Below are positions 50,429-64,000 of a DNA stretch of 64,000 bases, piece after piece. The translations under genes and the position numbers were made by a program. The stretch is from Haplodiscus bocki. Lineage: Eukaryota. Every line of letters starts with the position of its first letter. Position 1 is the first letter of the stretch. The stretch spans positions 28,706,001-28,770,000 of the forward strand of contig OZ296657.1 of assembly GCA_965655095.1 (NCBI GenBank), written 5' to 3'. Below the pieces are notes generated by a model. The model saw only the letters and a program-made list of their open reading frames with translations, had not been told where the DNA came from and did no database searches.

Positions 50429-50630
50429 AAATTGAAATTGGTACAATTTTCCCCTATAGTCAAAACAGTACTTCTCCGAAACTACAAAACAATTTTCTCC
50501 ATTAGGTTCTCAATCAGCATCTTTCTACATAAATTGAAATTGGTAAAATTTCTCCCCCAAAGTCAAAAAAGTACTTCTTCGAACCTACAAAATGAAATTT
50601 TCCATTAAGTTCTCAGTCAACATCTTTCTC
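50429..50630 (+). repeat. direct tandem duplication, 2 x 102 bp
   Basis: AAATTGAAATTGGTA...AGTCAAAA.AGTACTTCT.CGAA.CTACAAAA...TCCATTA.GTTCTCA.TCA.CATCTTTCT begins at 50429 and at 50531. Confidence 0.9.
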
Positions 50631-50999
50631 TTCGTATTTGGATTTGAATATAAAACATCGATTCATTTTCTTGCATCGAAAAACTGATGGAGCCAAAATC
50701 CTAAAAAGTGAAAAGACAGGAAATATTTTCTTCTGCATCAATACACTCAGCAATATTTTCCGAAAAATATTTTCTTGAAATTTGAAGGTACTGATTTTGT
50801 TCCTTGCATGTGAAGCCTGGTAGGCCAAAAGTACCGAAAACTGAATTTAACACAACTCTTTCTCCACAGTCAAAACCGCTTTTCTCCAAAACTAGTAACT
50901 CATTTCTTTCATCATAGTGTCAATCCATAACTTTCCACGTGTAGAATGCAGAGGAGGAAAAAAACCAGCGACTCTGTTACTTGCATTGGAAAATTGAAG

Positions 51000-53900
51000 G
51001 ATGAAAATGCTAGGAACGAATTATTTCACTTCGAGTTAAAAAATTTACGGAAAATTTCAACGAAAATAGAGATCTCTTGAAAAGTTGTGCAAAAATAAGC
51101 TGAAAATTTTCCTTAATATTATATGCGTAAGAAAAAGGCTGGCCACTGTGAGTATCCAGAAGAACTTGGTAGACTGCCATTAAGAGTGAAGTGCTCAAAA
51201 AATCATATTGGAAAACATGCTTTTGCCATATAGACATCAAAAACAAGAAATTTGCAGGTGATTTTGTCAAATAGCAACAAAAATTTTTGTCGAAACAGTT
51301 CAAATAAGTTGGTGGAAGATTACAGTCTTTCAGAGCTGCATTTTCAATTGTTCGTAACCTGGTTTCTAGTTTTTAAAAGTGTAGGCTATTGAGTTACCTT
51401 CCAAGGAAACAGAATACTCAAAAATTTTTTTGCGAAACATCCAATCCACAACTTTTTTGAACGCAAACAAAAAAGTCAGTCGTACCTTTTTGCCGCTGAA
51501 AGTTTCGGGTTCTCTTTGAACCTAATTCGTAGGATGAAGGGCAAACACTGGACGAAACTTCTACAAAAAGGACATAGAATGATGAAGTTTCCAAATTGTT
51601 CCCTAAGAAACCTTCCGAAAATGTTTTTGACCGCACTAAAAGTTTGGTATCCTGCTCTGCTTTTGAAAAAATTGATGCCTGCACAAACCTTGCTTCCTAG
51701 ACGTGAGATAAAACTTGACAATTTATTACACTGAACAGGGTTGTTTTTTTTTCGGGATATTTATCTGCCAGGCTTGTTTTCGACCGCAGCCGAAGAACTG
51801 CATATTCTACATTGCTGTCTTCCGCTCCCAACTACACAAAATGGAAGCTAGTCGATGATTTAGACACCAAATGACAACACTAAAGTTTGACGAAATTTCT
51901 TGAAAGAGTCCAAACATCAAACATCCTGAAAATCCATATCACTGGAATTTCTGAGCTCAACTTAGAGTGAGCCTCCGATTGATCAGAGTTTTTGTCAATT
52001 CCAATGGAGAATTTGTGTTATTTGCAGAAATAGTATTCAGGACACTTGACTAAAATCTGAGCGTATTGAAAAAAGAGCAGAAAATGTTGAACAGTCAAGT
52101 TTATTGCTCGAAAACTCATGAAGTGTTTGATTGCGACTCAAGTTTAAATCAAGACCTATTGTTTTGGCTATGTAAAGAAAGGTTCGATCTGTTTCAGACC
52201 TAGCTTCTAGACTACAAAAAATGGATCATTAAAATTGTACCAACTAATAGTCGTCGCGAGAATCTTTTCCAAACACCTCATCAGCTGATTAATTTTCCAA
52301 ATTTCGCACTTGAGATCGACATTTTTCCGCATAGTGTACGATAGCTGAGGTCTGTGGCTTTCAACAGATTTTCTGAGTTGCGACCAGTTGCGTTGAAACT
52401 CGGTATTAGCAATCCCACCCAGAGCTGAATAGTAAAATTGCCTCTGATGAAAAATGCATGTGAATTAGAGGGTATCCTTCTCATCGGCGGTTCCAAAGTT
52501 TTCTAAGTTATTGGCCCATTTTTCTCAAAAAGGAAGACCGTAACAAAAAGATTTTGTAGGATTTTCAACATCCACGCCAGCGAAGTAAGCGCCCTCCAGC
52601 AGACCACGACATTATATTGCGAGTTGGCAACAGTCAGACAAAGATATGAAACAGGGATTACATTAAACTGGTGGTGCCAACATAATTAATTAATTGCACT
52701 TAGCGTGGCGGGTTGTAAACCAAACCAAGTGTTGGAGAATCACGTTGGAAAATATTATTTTTCTAGAAAGACAATTTGGTCAAGAAGTTTTTAAGGTTTT
52801 TATATCAACGAGGTATCAGAAAGAGGTCTGCGGTTTTGCGAGCTCTTTCCGGCAAGGAGGGGCTGAATGTGAATTTTTGAATTGAATCATCGCCATCCAA
52901 GTTACAGCTCTAATAAAACTATGTCCGATGAAAACTTAGGTTTTTACAAACTATCCATTTCAGCAGTCCCAGCTTTTTTTTCAAATTTTCCGCCTTCTTC
53001 CCCATTCGGAAGCAGGCAAGAAACGTAACTCGTTTGATTTTAGGGGTTTCCACCAGCGCAGTAGGCATTCTCAACCGTCTCGGAAACCCTCTACATTGTA
53101 AGCAAAGAAAACAGAAATATTAATCGAGACGAGTTGTTGAGGTTCAAACAAAAAGAAGGTCAATCGTAAAATACTGCCGCTTAAAGCTTAAAATTTGTAC
53201 AAAAACTCCAACTGCGAAGACAGGTGTTACAGTTTTTTCAGATCTCTTCGCTACTTTCTTCAGAAAACCATAATTCGGAAAAACTGAAACCTGGAAATCT
53301 TCAATCAATTCAGAAGAAGTGTGCCAATGGTTTTTTTGTGTTGTGGTTTTCGAATTCAACCAACAAAACACACCATTTCCGATTTTCAGATGGCTTTTGT
53401 GTACTTTTCCGCAGTTTCTTTTATAAGAACTCAAATTATTTGGATAAATTTACTGCTTACAATTGCGCTACGAGTGAAATGAGCAGAGCAACTCTATTAC
53501 GACTGATGGGACAAAATTTTTCGAGTCGTTTAAAACACACCTTCTGTGATAATCTGACATGTTACCAAAAAAATTTCCGTTTCGTGTCGGGCTGGAAACG
53601 GTAACTTGTTTTCCCGGAGTAGTTCGATCTCTAAAAAGTTTTCGCAAAATTACACATGGAATACAGCAGCGTTTGCACTTCTTGCTTACTTTAAAATTTG
53701 TTCATATGTACTTTAAACATTCTCTGTTGTTGACTAATAATTGCACTTCAACCCTTCCAAGATTTCTGAGAGCCGAACGGGCCGAACGGTTGTTTAGTTG
53801 CTTAGTGAAAAAGACTGCGTTTTTCCAAAAATTTCCGAGAACAAGAGTTGTGTTTGGAAATTTAAATATTTGCAAAGCCTCCAGCATGCAAACGGTTTTC

Positions 53901-55000
53901 CTCAGTAATTAGAGACTGTTTTTGATTCATCAAGCCTTCTTCCAACTACTCGTGGCCTGAATGATCCACAGTGTTTGACGATACTTTTCTTCAGATAGAA
54001 CAAAATTGCAATCTTCTCAGCTATTCAAAAAGCATTGACACAGAAGCAAACGTCCTGTCAGAGCGTTTTTTCTTCCGTTCAGAGCCTTGTTATTGCAAAG
54101 CTTTTGAGTCAATTCGCTCATGAATAATGCGATGACAGCATGACTGCAAGTCGCTAAAAGTCCAATGGAATTTGTTGTAGAGTGATTTTTGCCAGATATT
54201 GCCATTTTGAGTTCGAGTTCGTTTGTCTGTTTGGTTTCCAAAAATCTCTCGTCTGCAGAGAGTGTTTCCGAAATGTTTGCAAATCACTGATACGCCTCTG
54301 TACTAGAACTAGACGATTTGACACTTTTTCATATAGTGGCTGAAAATTAACGTGTTTTCCAGTATTCTATGTTGTTCTCGCAATCTGTTCACACCACTTT
54401 CCTCTTCAGTTTTGTCTAGGTATTCTTTCTGGTATGCCAGCATGGTATTTTCCCAAGTGTAAAGTAGAAATGTCGTAATCGCACCTGCAAATATACGCGA
54501 TGTCTACATTTTTACTGATGAAGTTGAATAATTATAAAGCTTGTATCTGCAGATTTGTGCTTTGACTTTATTTCGAAGACTTGCTCTGAAAAAATCTGTG
54601 AAGTTGCCGAGATTGTGGTTTGTTAATTTTATCGCGAAAACACTTTACTTGAAATTGGAAGAATATGAACTTCCTATTTGCATTTTTTGAATGCTTTGTT
54701 GATCGGTGTTCGTCGCAAGCAGTCATTGCACCGTTGGCTCAATTTCTTGGTTTTGAGAATTTTCTGGCGACCAAAAGAGATGGTATCTTTCAACCATTTA
54801 CTATGTTTTACTTTGCATTTAAAAATCGGAGCTGTTTCTGATTGCATTATTTTCTTGAAATAGTTAGCTTCATGACTAATGTTCGCAGTTCACAGTACGA
54901 TGATCGTTTTGATTCTTTCACGGGGGTACAAGGTGTTTTTGTCAGACTAAACGGATACTCTATCTCGTGTTTTCTGATGACATACTAAAGTTTTTGTTGA
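51000..55000 (-). mobile_element. degraded Polinton pPolB (copy 2)
   Basis: Collinear minus-strand remnants: ILSFKRQY..DL (~53160-53195), NIFQRDSPTL (~52730-52755), SAGG (~52595), NSPLELTKTLINR (~51980-52015), GRQ..SSSAAVE (~51780-51825) and LFCLRSKK (~51450-51475). Confidence 0.55.
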
Positions 55001-58000
55001 AAAACTAGTCCAACAATTTGTTCGCCGCTGTCTTTGAAAGTGATTAAGGAAAATTTTAAGGAGATTTTGTCCATTCAGATCTAACTTGCTTTGAGTTAAA
55101 CTGCGTGCCACGTAATAAGTCTCCAAAGTTTCTGGGGAGGTTTGTTTTTTTTTCAAATACTTCAACTTCTGGTGGATAAAGCATTGAACTTTTTAGTTGC
55201 AACCTTCAAAAAAGTTTCTTTTAGCGAATAGACAAATTGAGTCGATGGAAATGCTGCTAACCAAGATACACAAATCAGTAACTTTTTCCGATAAATCGAG
55301 TGTTTGCTTGAACATTTTTTTGTTCCTAAATTTGCCATAGAAGAAATTCGTTGAAATTGTGAGAAGTTTGAAAATAGTTTCGTGCTTCCATTTTGTTTCG
55401 ATCAAATCCAGTCCAGGCAGACTTCGCTTCTACGCCCCGTAAAAATCAGCGAAACGTGGCCGGGATTCTTTGGTAAACTCTAGCATCTTGGCAAAGTGAA
55501 TCTCTAACGGCCTGACGGAGACTATTTTCCAAGCAAATAAAGGTAAACATTCACAACTTTTTTAATGTGCTCCCAGATTTTTCGAAACTACTTCACTTTT
55601 CATAAGAAAATTGCTTCCGTTTTCGTTCCCAGTAGCTAGCCATCATGGAATTTTTTGTAGTGAGGCGGATTGAAAGTGAGTTATTGGACATGTAAATACT
55701 TGAGCCTCAACACTTTTCCCAAAAAAAAACTTTATTCAGCTCTTTTTGAACGTCTTCTTTTGCAGTTTGCAACAACCCTGAAAACAAATAGGTAGTTATT
55801 AGTCAAAAAAAGCTAACAGACGAAGAAATTGTTCCTGTTGATACCATCTACTCGATGAAACTCAAGCAACTTAGAAGTTCCTATCATGATACTTTCTACC
55901 CAAAAATATCAACCTACACTTCGAAAAACGATTTTTTTTCAGCTGGTTATTGTTTGATGAGTTTTGTTTCACGTTCCCTTAGAGTTGTGATAAGCCTCTC
56001 CAATGCCTCCTCACTACTCTGTACTTTGTTTTTGAAGGGTAGCTGGAATGCTGTTTCCTATACAAGTAATGCACTTCATTTTACGTTTTTTTTTGAATGT
56101 CCAGATATTTTTCTATGTTTTTTCTTTTGTTCTTTTGCTGATGATTGTTCTTCGCAAACTGTCCATCCAGATTGGTCGTTACCCAGAATCTCTTGAATAG
56201 CAAGTAGTTTTTTGTGTTGTTTTTCCAAAAATTCAAGGGGTGTTTTATGGAAACTAGGCATTTTTTGCTCGCGCTTCCTTTCAGAATGCATTCTCGTAAA
56301 TCCAAACGTAGAAATTCATGCTCAAAGTGTTTTTTGTCTGTAGTCGGAACACATTGTCCGTAAAGGCTCTGAGATTTCAATATTTTCATTGCAAAAGAAC
56401 GTTTGATTTTAACCGGGAACACAATGAAATTTCTCCTAGCATGCGTCGTAAAAAAAACATTTTTGTTAATGGCTATTGGTCCAATTGTATTCAGCTAGTA
56501 GTTTCTCTGTTCAATATGTAAAATTTCTGTCAACCAACACGGAAGGTTTATTGTTGCTTTGTGTCAATCATGACTTTCCTTTTGAAAAAAAATCAAAATT
56601 GTTTTCTGATATTTCAAAAAAAATCAGGTTGTCTTCAGGATTATTTTAAATTTCTTCCACGTTGGTTTCTAGTCGCAATGAGTCTGTCCAACTCCTGCTC
56701 GCCAGATTCTGTATTTTTTTGCAAAGTAGCTGGGGTGCTGTTTTTTAAACATATCATGCGATTCATTCTACGTTTTCTTCGAAAGTCAAAACATTTTTTC
56801 AAATGATCCTGCGCTAAATGTTTTTTCTTGATGACAATTGTTTGGATTTCGTCCATTCACTTCCCTTTCAACTACTCGGTACCAAAGGCTTCTTCTGATT
56901 TAGAAAGTCCAGTTGTGTTTCGATTGCAAACTATCATTTTTTAAAGAAAGCGACAATTTTTCGTTTGGATTTCTCCTGAGAAAAATTTCTCAAAACAAAC
57001 AGTTGATTTACATCCACAATGCTCTAGTTTGACTTTCTGTGGAGCACAAAATCCCTAAACAATCTGAGGAATTTTAATTTTTCTTGAAAAAATCTTTACA
57101 TATAAATTGAACAGCAATGAATGTCATTTTGGCATCCGTCCTCGAAAGTGTGTTTGTTGATAGCTACTGGTCGTATTGTATCATCTTAGCTTTTGCTCAA
57201 TTTTTCGGTCTGTTGATATTCTGCAGACCAAAAGTAACCAAATTCGTTAAGTTCTGAGCAAAATTTTCGCAAAATTTGACAGTGCTAACCCGCTTCTTGA
57301 ATCAACTTATAAAACTTCAAAATTTGATCCATATGATAATTTTAGTCAGCTTTTGAAGATTGGCGAGCCAATAGTGAACCTCCCGGTAGGCTGATCCTTT
57401 ACCATACATATTCGTAATTCTTTCATCTCATACCATCATTTGAAACCAAATGGGCCTTACAGATCGTGCATGTTCTAATTATGGCAATTAGTGAGGGTTG
57501 AGTTTTCAATATGCTCAAAAAAGTGTGTTTCCAGAGGCAACAGTTGAGATTTTTTCATTACCTTAGAATATCAACAAAAATTCCTGCCTTAGCTATCCAC
57601 ACAATAGGGGAGTACCGATTGTTTCTAAAGCAAGATTCATCAGTGGAAATCGTTTTTTTTACTGTTTCAGAACTCTAACTCAATTTGAAATTTTTTAACG
57701 ATTTCAAATAAAGAGGTCGAACTAAATAAACTTCTGCCTAAAGACAAATTAACTGAGATTATCATCTCTTTCAATTCTCGTTTATACTTCTCATCTTACT
57801 TCTCGTTTTCCTCATTTGAAACAAATTTAAAAAGCAATTATTTCACAAATGTCTCAATAAGCATAAGTAAAAATAAAGCATAAAGAGACACTCCAACTTT
57901 CAATCATTATCATTAACACCGTATCAAGTAAACACCATTCTTACCAGTCTACGGTGCTAGCCACCAAACAATTTCCTCTCCCTTTCAATAGGAATCCTCC

Positions 58001-59209
58001 CAGACTTTCATGAACTTGCCTTCTATCAATGCCCCCGTTTTTCACTCAATTTGTCAGGCAACTAATGAGATTGAGAAAGGTGTTTCAATGTCGCTATAAA
58101 AGTTACAACGACTAACGAAAGAACGAACATTTGTCGATTTAATCTCAGAATGCCATTTCAGATTTGTACTGTTGATGCCAAAATTTGAATTGTATGCAGT
58201 AGTAGTATATCAATAACTTCCAACAGGGCATTCTGAAAAATGAGGTAAAAAAGTGTTTCCATTTTCTGGCGAACACTACATCCTACCAATTCACTCTATT
58301 GTCTATTAGAATGCTTTACATTCTACTCAAATGCTACACGTTGTTTTTGGAACAGGAAGCAAGGTTCAAGGAGTATTATGAAGCAAAGTGTTTCTGAGTA
58401 ATACACCGTCTACGGCTATTTCCGACTCATAACATTTAGCTATCACTTCGCTTCAAATTTCTCGCAATAAAACAATAGAGGGCCAAATTATAATAATAAC
58501 AAAGACGTCATTTTTGAGAGGGTGGCCGCTTCAGGTCTGCTAATGGGTTCAGGATGCCCTGGGCGGTGGTCCGGAATAGAGAAGAATTTGGTGCAGGTGG
58601 AGGGGGTTTCCATAGGAAGCTAAAGGAGCAGGGATAAATCTGAATCTGAGGATCTGTATTTGGTGAACTGATGGGCAAGGATTTACCTGTACTAATGACA
58701 TCAGACCACATCAGGGTCAAAGGTCGAAATTACCACTATTTCTTTTTTGAGGGAGGTACTCTTGTGTGAAGAGGATAAGAGGATGAAAGGATAGTACATG
58801 GGACCTGAGGTATTTGGGGTTGGGGCAGGAGATTGAAATCATCTCATAATTGGAATAAACATTGGAAACAAAGATTTGCACTTTATTGTGGCACCCGAAA
58901 AATACATCTGACAAAAGTTCGGGAACATTTATTATTCGCAGTCGCAAAAATCACAAACTGCAACATCTTGAATTGCTGAACATTAAACAGTTCGAATGAT
59001 TTCATCTCCGAGCGAAACAAAGGTTGGAGATGCCCGCCGATTTAAGGTTGGAGGATTTGCAAAACGGAGCCTAACCAACGTGGTCGGAGTAGAAGACCAA
59101 GCGCTGTCAGCGGAAGTGCAAGGTATTGTTTAAAGTTGAATTTGCAACAAAACAAATTGTGGAATGACAAGTAAGTTTTTTCATCCTATGTGTTTGCCCA
59201 GCTGATTAG

Positions 59210-59676
59210 TTAGGCAAGCATATTTGCGGACATGGAAGCACCGTTTGAGTTCATATTGGTAGCCCCAGGAATCGATGAAGTGTTGCCCCCATTTAGTCCA
59301 ACTGGCAAGGGGGGAGGGGCACATTTTCGTTCGAGGACAGGCTGGAAAAATTCGTGATCCATTGCTTCGCGAGCAGTTAACCTCTCCTGTTGGTCATAAC
59401 GCAACAACTGATCTAGGAAGTCGATGGCCTCTTCTGAGACGAGATGCTGGTTTTCACTGTGTCTAAATCTATCCCACCGTTTCTTAGAATGTCTTCCTAA
59501 GATATCGTTGAAGCGTACATCTAAATCTATCGAGTACTTTTCAATGTAATAGTAGAATTCTTCTGTGCCAAGCACGCGCACTATCTTTACCAGCTGATCG
59601 TAGTTGTCATGGCCTTGAAAAAAGGGTTCTTTGCGGAAAATCATACTGGCTACCATGCATCCCAGTGACCACATGT
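59210..59676 (-). CDS. CSNK2A1: casein kinase II subunit alpha, terminal coding exon (kinase subdomains IX-XI and C-terminal tail)
   Basis: (D)[38 protein letters not shown]...[52 protein letters not shown] is diagnostic of CK2 alpha. Splice acceptor TTGCTTCAG|AC at 59677/59676 completes the Asp codon; stop TAA at 59210-59212. No upstream exon seen before the window end. Confidence 0.96.
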
Positions 59677-62317
59677 CTGAAGCAACACAAAATCAAGTGT
59701 TATATTTTGTTGGTTGGGGAACACACGTATGTGCTCATCATAATCCTAATTCAATCAATATTATATGTTGCTTCACCTTTTTTTGGTCGATTGAACTAGC
59801 AGTAGCTAAAAATTAACGAACGCTTCCTGGAATGAAAATGACGTAACACTTGTGGTGTACGTCAGTCATCCTATTCGTAGTTGATGATTTCAAAAGCCAT
59901 GCTTCATAAGTAAGAGCTAATTTGTATCATCTAAAATTTTACATAGCAAAATTTAAAAATTAAATAAATAGGTCTTACATATTATTGACAGAGGTGAAGC
60001 GGAACATCACAATACATTCTCACTTGCTAGTTGAGATGAAAAATACACAGCACATATCAAAGGCTCTATGATCACGAATGTGATTGACAAATTCAAAAAT
60101 GTAAAGCCAGCTATCATTCCAAGTTTCCAGGAGCCATCTGATCGCCAAACAATTTTCAATTAGCATATTTTAGAAAGTGGAAATGAAAAAGCACCGGCCA
60201 CATGTCTCGAGTAAAGTCGATATCAAACTGTTACGACTCTCAGGTGACTTCACAAAAGGCAACTTTTGAATAGGCAAATTTTAGGCGCTAAGGGACGAGA
60301 GGTGGCTCGTTGCTGGTCCAAAAACTACAACATAAATTGAAAAATTAAAATAGGTACAAAAATATTTTTCGCAACACTTCGAAGGAAAAATTGGGCACAA
60401 GCTATTATCGCGAAAAAAAATTAAAAAGTTTCAAAAGTTTTGGGTGAACGAAAAAATCCCAACAATATTTCAGCCTTTTTGCAGAAAACTATTTTATATA
60501 AAGTGTAGCGATCGCTCACAAAATCATCTCTTAAATTCGATTTCACCCATTGATTTTTTCGCTTGCGTAGCTCATCTATTTTTTTCCACTTATTCCTGAA
60601 CATCAAAGCGAGTGCATCGACCGAAAAACGTCAACATTGAGAGATGAGGAAATATTAATCAAAGAAGAGGAAGAGAGCCAACTTCACATACACTGACGGC
60701 CAGAGTGGTAGAAATACAGAAACACTTAAGGATGAATTTGAGCAATATATAGGGAAATTGTCAAAAAGTTTATAACATTTAATTATCTTCACAGCCATAG
60801 AAGGTGCGTTGAATTACTTAGCAGGGAAGCAAACAACGAAATGAACCGAAAAAAACTTCGTGGTAGGTTAGATTAAAGATAGGTTCAAAGGTTAAAGTTT
60901 ACAAAGGCGAACCTGGGGTTGGCAAAACTTGCGCCAACGGAAAACTAGTGAAGAAATCGAACGAGTATAACTGATTTTTGAAGCAGGCACGGTACTGCAA
61001 AAACGACTGCTTAAATAATTAAAAAGAATGCTAATTAAAACTCAGTTAATTCTTCGAAACTTAAACAAGTGTAACAAGCACGAACGGCTACAGCAGTTAA
61101 ACCACCTGATATTTGAAACAAGCGCTCAGACTGAAAAAAAAGACCAAGTGAACAAATTTTTGCAACTGAGAAAGAGCGCATGAACAAAATATGGGGAACA
61201 TTATAAGTAGGCACAAAATCGATCGGAAAGAAATCAGAAACCTACGGCATTACTTGCTTGTGCAAGTGTAATTAGCCGGAAAGAATGTTACATGCGAAAT
61301 TCTGAGAAATAAACACAAACAAAAATTGTACCAGAATTTAATGCACCAAAAATTCGGCAACTTCCCCCTGTTTCACATATTTTCAAAAATCAGATGATGT
61401 GAAATATTCGTGATAACCCTTTGCATAAACTTAAGAAATTGCGATAAAACATATAAGAAATTTCATAATAACTTTGCATGAGCCAAATTTTTTTACGACT
61501 GAAGTCATACCGAAGTTTTCGCCTTGCTTACGCCGGCAAAATTCACCGATTAGTGACATTCACGATACTCCTCCAAACAAATGATTGTTGTAAAAAAAAG
61601 CGAGGGATAACTGTGTACCTGCTTTCATATTCCCAGCTTGTTTAATTCGAGTTGGGTACGTGAGCTACTCCAATGGCACATTGAATTTTACAGTTTTCAA
61701 AACTACAATTTTCACCTCCGTGGCGGATAATCGAGAAACGCGGTTACTAGAAAAAGCTGAATTTTACAGCATTACAATTTTAATGTTTATAGCAGATAGT
61801 CGAGGGCGGCGGTAAATCAAGACTCCAGTGCACAACTAGACGTTCACACTCGAAGACATGACGTAAGCAAGCAGCAGCGATTAAGCTGAAGTTGCAAATT
61901 TGCAAGTTAGGCATTTACATTTTCAACCTGTCTGAAAAGAAAGGTCACGAGGTGTCTATGATATTGCGTATCGGTATTGAAAATGGTTCTCGAAAATGTC
62001 GAATCAAATATTACCTTCCACGAAAAATAAATCCTCAAGACCTCAAATTCAGAGTGTGCTTCGCTATTTGCTTACGTTGTTTCAGCTCGATAGATGCTGC
62101 TCAGGGAGTAGCAGAAAATATGTCGCCATCTATATGCCGAAAGACCTCTGAGTATCTAGCAAAAAAAGACAGGATCCAATCTGTGACTCCATGGTATTCG
62201 TTAAATAAAGAAAACCGATTAATCGTCCACTTATTGTTCCGTGATTTATTCCTCTCGCTACGCTTAAACAATCGCGCCGTGCTTAAGCGGTCAATACACT
62301 CATCAGAAACTTAGACC

Positions 62318-62396
62318 CTTCCAATAATAAATTCTACATCGGTTTCAATATTAAGACACTTCCAATAATATATTCCCAATCGATTTCAATATCAAT
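62318..62396 (+). repeat. short tandem duplication, 2 x 41 bp
   Basis: CTTCCAATAATA.ATTC...ATCG.TTTCAATAT at 62318 and 62359. Confidence 0.8.
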
Positions 62397-62799
62397 AAGC
62401 CGGGAACAGCCGTAGTATGATTCAACATATTTATATATATGATGCAACATTTATCAAAAAAAAATTTGTCACTTGGTTCTGGAAAAAGTTTGTTGGGTTT
62501 CGGCATTTTGGTATTCTTCTCCGCAAAAGATTACGTTTTCGGGCTTTGAGTAATCCTTTTCAGGACGGCCGAAGGTCTGGGACCCAAATACTAAACTAGA
62601 TTTTTGGTAGAACTTCGTCGCTTTCAATGACCGTGAAAAAACAAAAGCCACTGTATTAGTCGGGCACTTTTTGTTCTAAAAAGCGTCGACTAAAAAACTC
62701 CACCAATAAATTGCATTCCGTTCGAAAATATTTTTAAAATTATATTGAAAATGATAATTTCAAAAGGAGTAGAAAAAAACGACTCAAAACCGTTTTAAT

Positions 62800-64000
62800 G
62801 AAAAATGGCTAAAGGTAAGGATTCCAATTAGTACCTAGTAGCAATTTTGAACCCTGCTGCCCCCTACCCACAGTGTTGTGACTTTTTGACATTTGAAAAA
62901 CTTCATTTTTAAAGTTGCAGCGGATTTGTGGAGCCCAGTGAATTCATGCAAAAAGGCAGTGGGGCTAATCAAACCACGCCACCAATCAAATGTCAGCACA
63001 GGCGACTCGGAAAAAAACAGAAAATCACGCCAATTGCCGGGCTTTACACGCACGTTTTTGCAAGAAAGGCACTTTTCAACTGATTTATTTATGATGTCTT
63101 GATCTAAAAAAACTGATATGGATGGAAAAACTGAGGACTTTAATAATGCAAAATTAGCCCATGAAAAACCAACTAAAAGAAAACCGGATATGAGGAGATA
63201 GAGGAACTAGTTTTCCCGATCGCAGCCGGAAGGGAAACGTCTGCTAGAGGGACCGTAGAACCGTAGCCCAGCCTGCGGCTGTTTGTCCAATCAGCAGAGA
63301 AAGACGAGCTGAATGAAGACTCGGCCGGTAATGTTCAGCAAGAAAAATCATTAAACTAAATTGAGGGTCAAGAAGGCCATGAAGAAAGATTTTTACCAAG
63401 ATTTCCAACGGCAAAATTGCGAGACTGCAATGGTTCAACACGTTTTTGGGGAGAGAAAATAGTATTTTAATTTTATTCTGAAGTACTCGACTGAGAGGCT
63501 GGATGCTAACCAGAAAGGACACATGGATTTCATCAAAGAGAGAGGAATGAATGTGATAATCAATATCTTTCCAAGAAGCCCGGGAAATCCAATATCTTGG
63601 CGAAGCGAACAAGAGTCCAAACATTGGGCAGTTAAAAAGTTGGGTATAGAACGAATCTTCAAACTCAATGAAAGTCAAGTTAGGCTGAGAAATGAAAATT
63701 CGGGAATAAATCAAAAAGGATATAAACATAGGGATCATTTTCGCCTCCGTCATGAACTAATACCATTCCAGACCAATTTTCTACCCTTTCCTAATTCTAA
63801 AAATTTCAGATTTTTTTGTCGAAAAAAGGCGAGCAAGAAGAATAGTACAATTGACAAGAATATGTAATGCAGAGGCGGAGCGGAACATCTCAACAAATTC
63901 TGCCCTGTCAGTTGAGATCACGGATCCCAAAAGACTTTTGAAACCATGATCGCAGATTTGATTGACACTTTTAAGAAATACTAGAGCAGCTGTCAATCAA
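62800..64000 (+). mobile_element. degraded gypsy-like gag/pol relic within the CK2 alpha intron, antisense to the gene
   Basis: TTAAACTAA gag-end-like signature at 63351-63359 and RT-start-like HLNK...IADLIDTF near 63885-63972. Weak. Confidence 0.35.

Noticed and set aside
58508-58947. Pro-rich short ORFs downstream of CK2 alpha
   Set aside because: They lie in the probable 3' UTR and show no homology cues. A minus-strand AATAAA at 58882-58887 cannot be confirmed as the poly(A) signal.
63244-63753. 169-aa hydrophobic ORF on the CK2 strand as a possible upstream exon
   Set aside because: No kinase motifs (no DWG, RVASRYFKGPE); likely the antisense of a retroelement relic.

Overview
AT-rich animal genomic DNA with two fixed 200-N scaffold gaps, so adjacency across 4298-4497 and 49726-49925 is unproven. 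Most of the window is decayed mobile elements: several Ty3/gypsy-like LTR retrotransposon relics (the youngest, at 1-3205 minus, keeps a canonical T TTA AAC TAA -1 frameshift site between gag and pol), LINE and Penelope-like RT fragments, and a minisatellite. About 30 kb (27.8-57.5 kb, minus strand) is degraded Polinton/Maverick sequence with recognisable integrase, major capsid and pPolB remnants, plus weaker protease, minor capsid and ATPase traces. The only clear host gene is the last coding exon of casein kinase II alpha (59210-59676, minus). Three observations stand out. (1) An intronless S1 serine-protease pseudogene carries a perfect 155-bp inverted duplication with template-switch junctions, a candidate hairpin-RNA locus. 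(2) Tandem tRNA-like Pol III units lie just downstream of the Polinton capsid gene. (3) An array of AGTGAG-N11-CTCACT palindromes lies upstream of a gag relic. All family assignments were made by eye from motifs; no searches were run and most boundaries are approximate.
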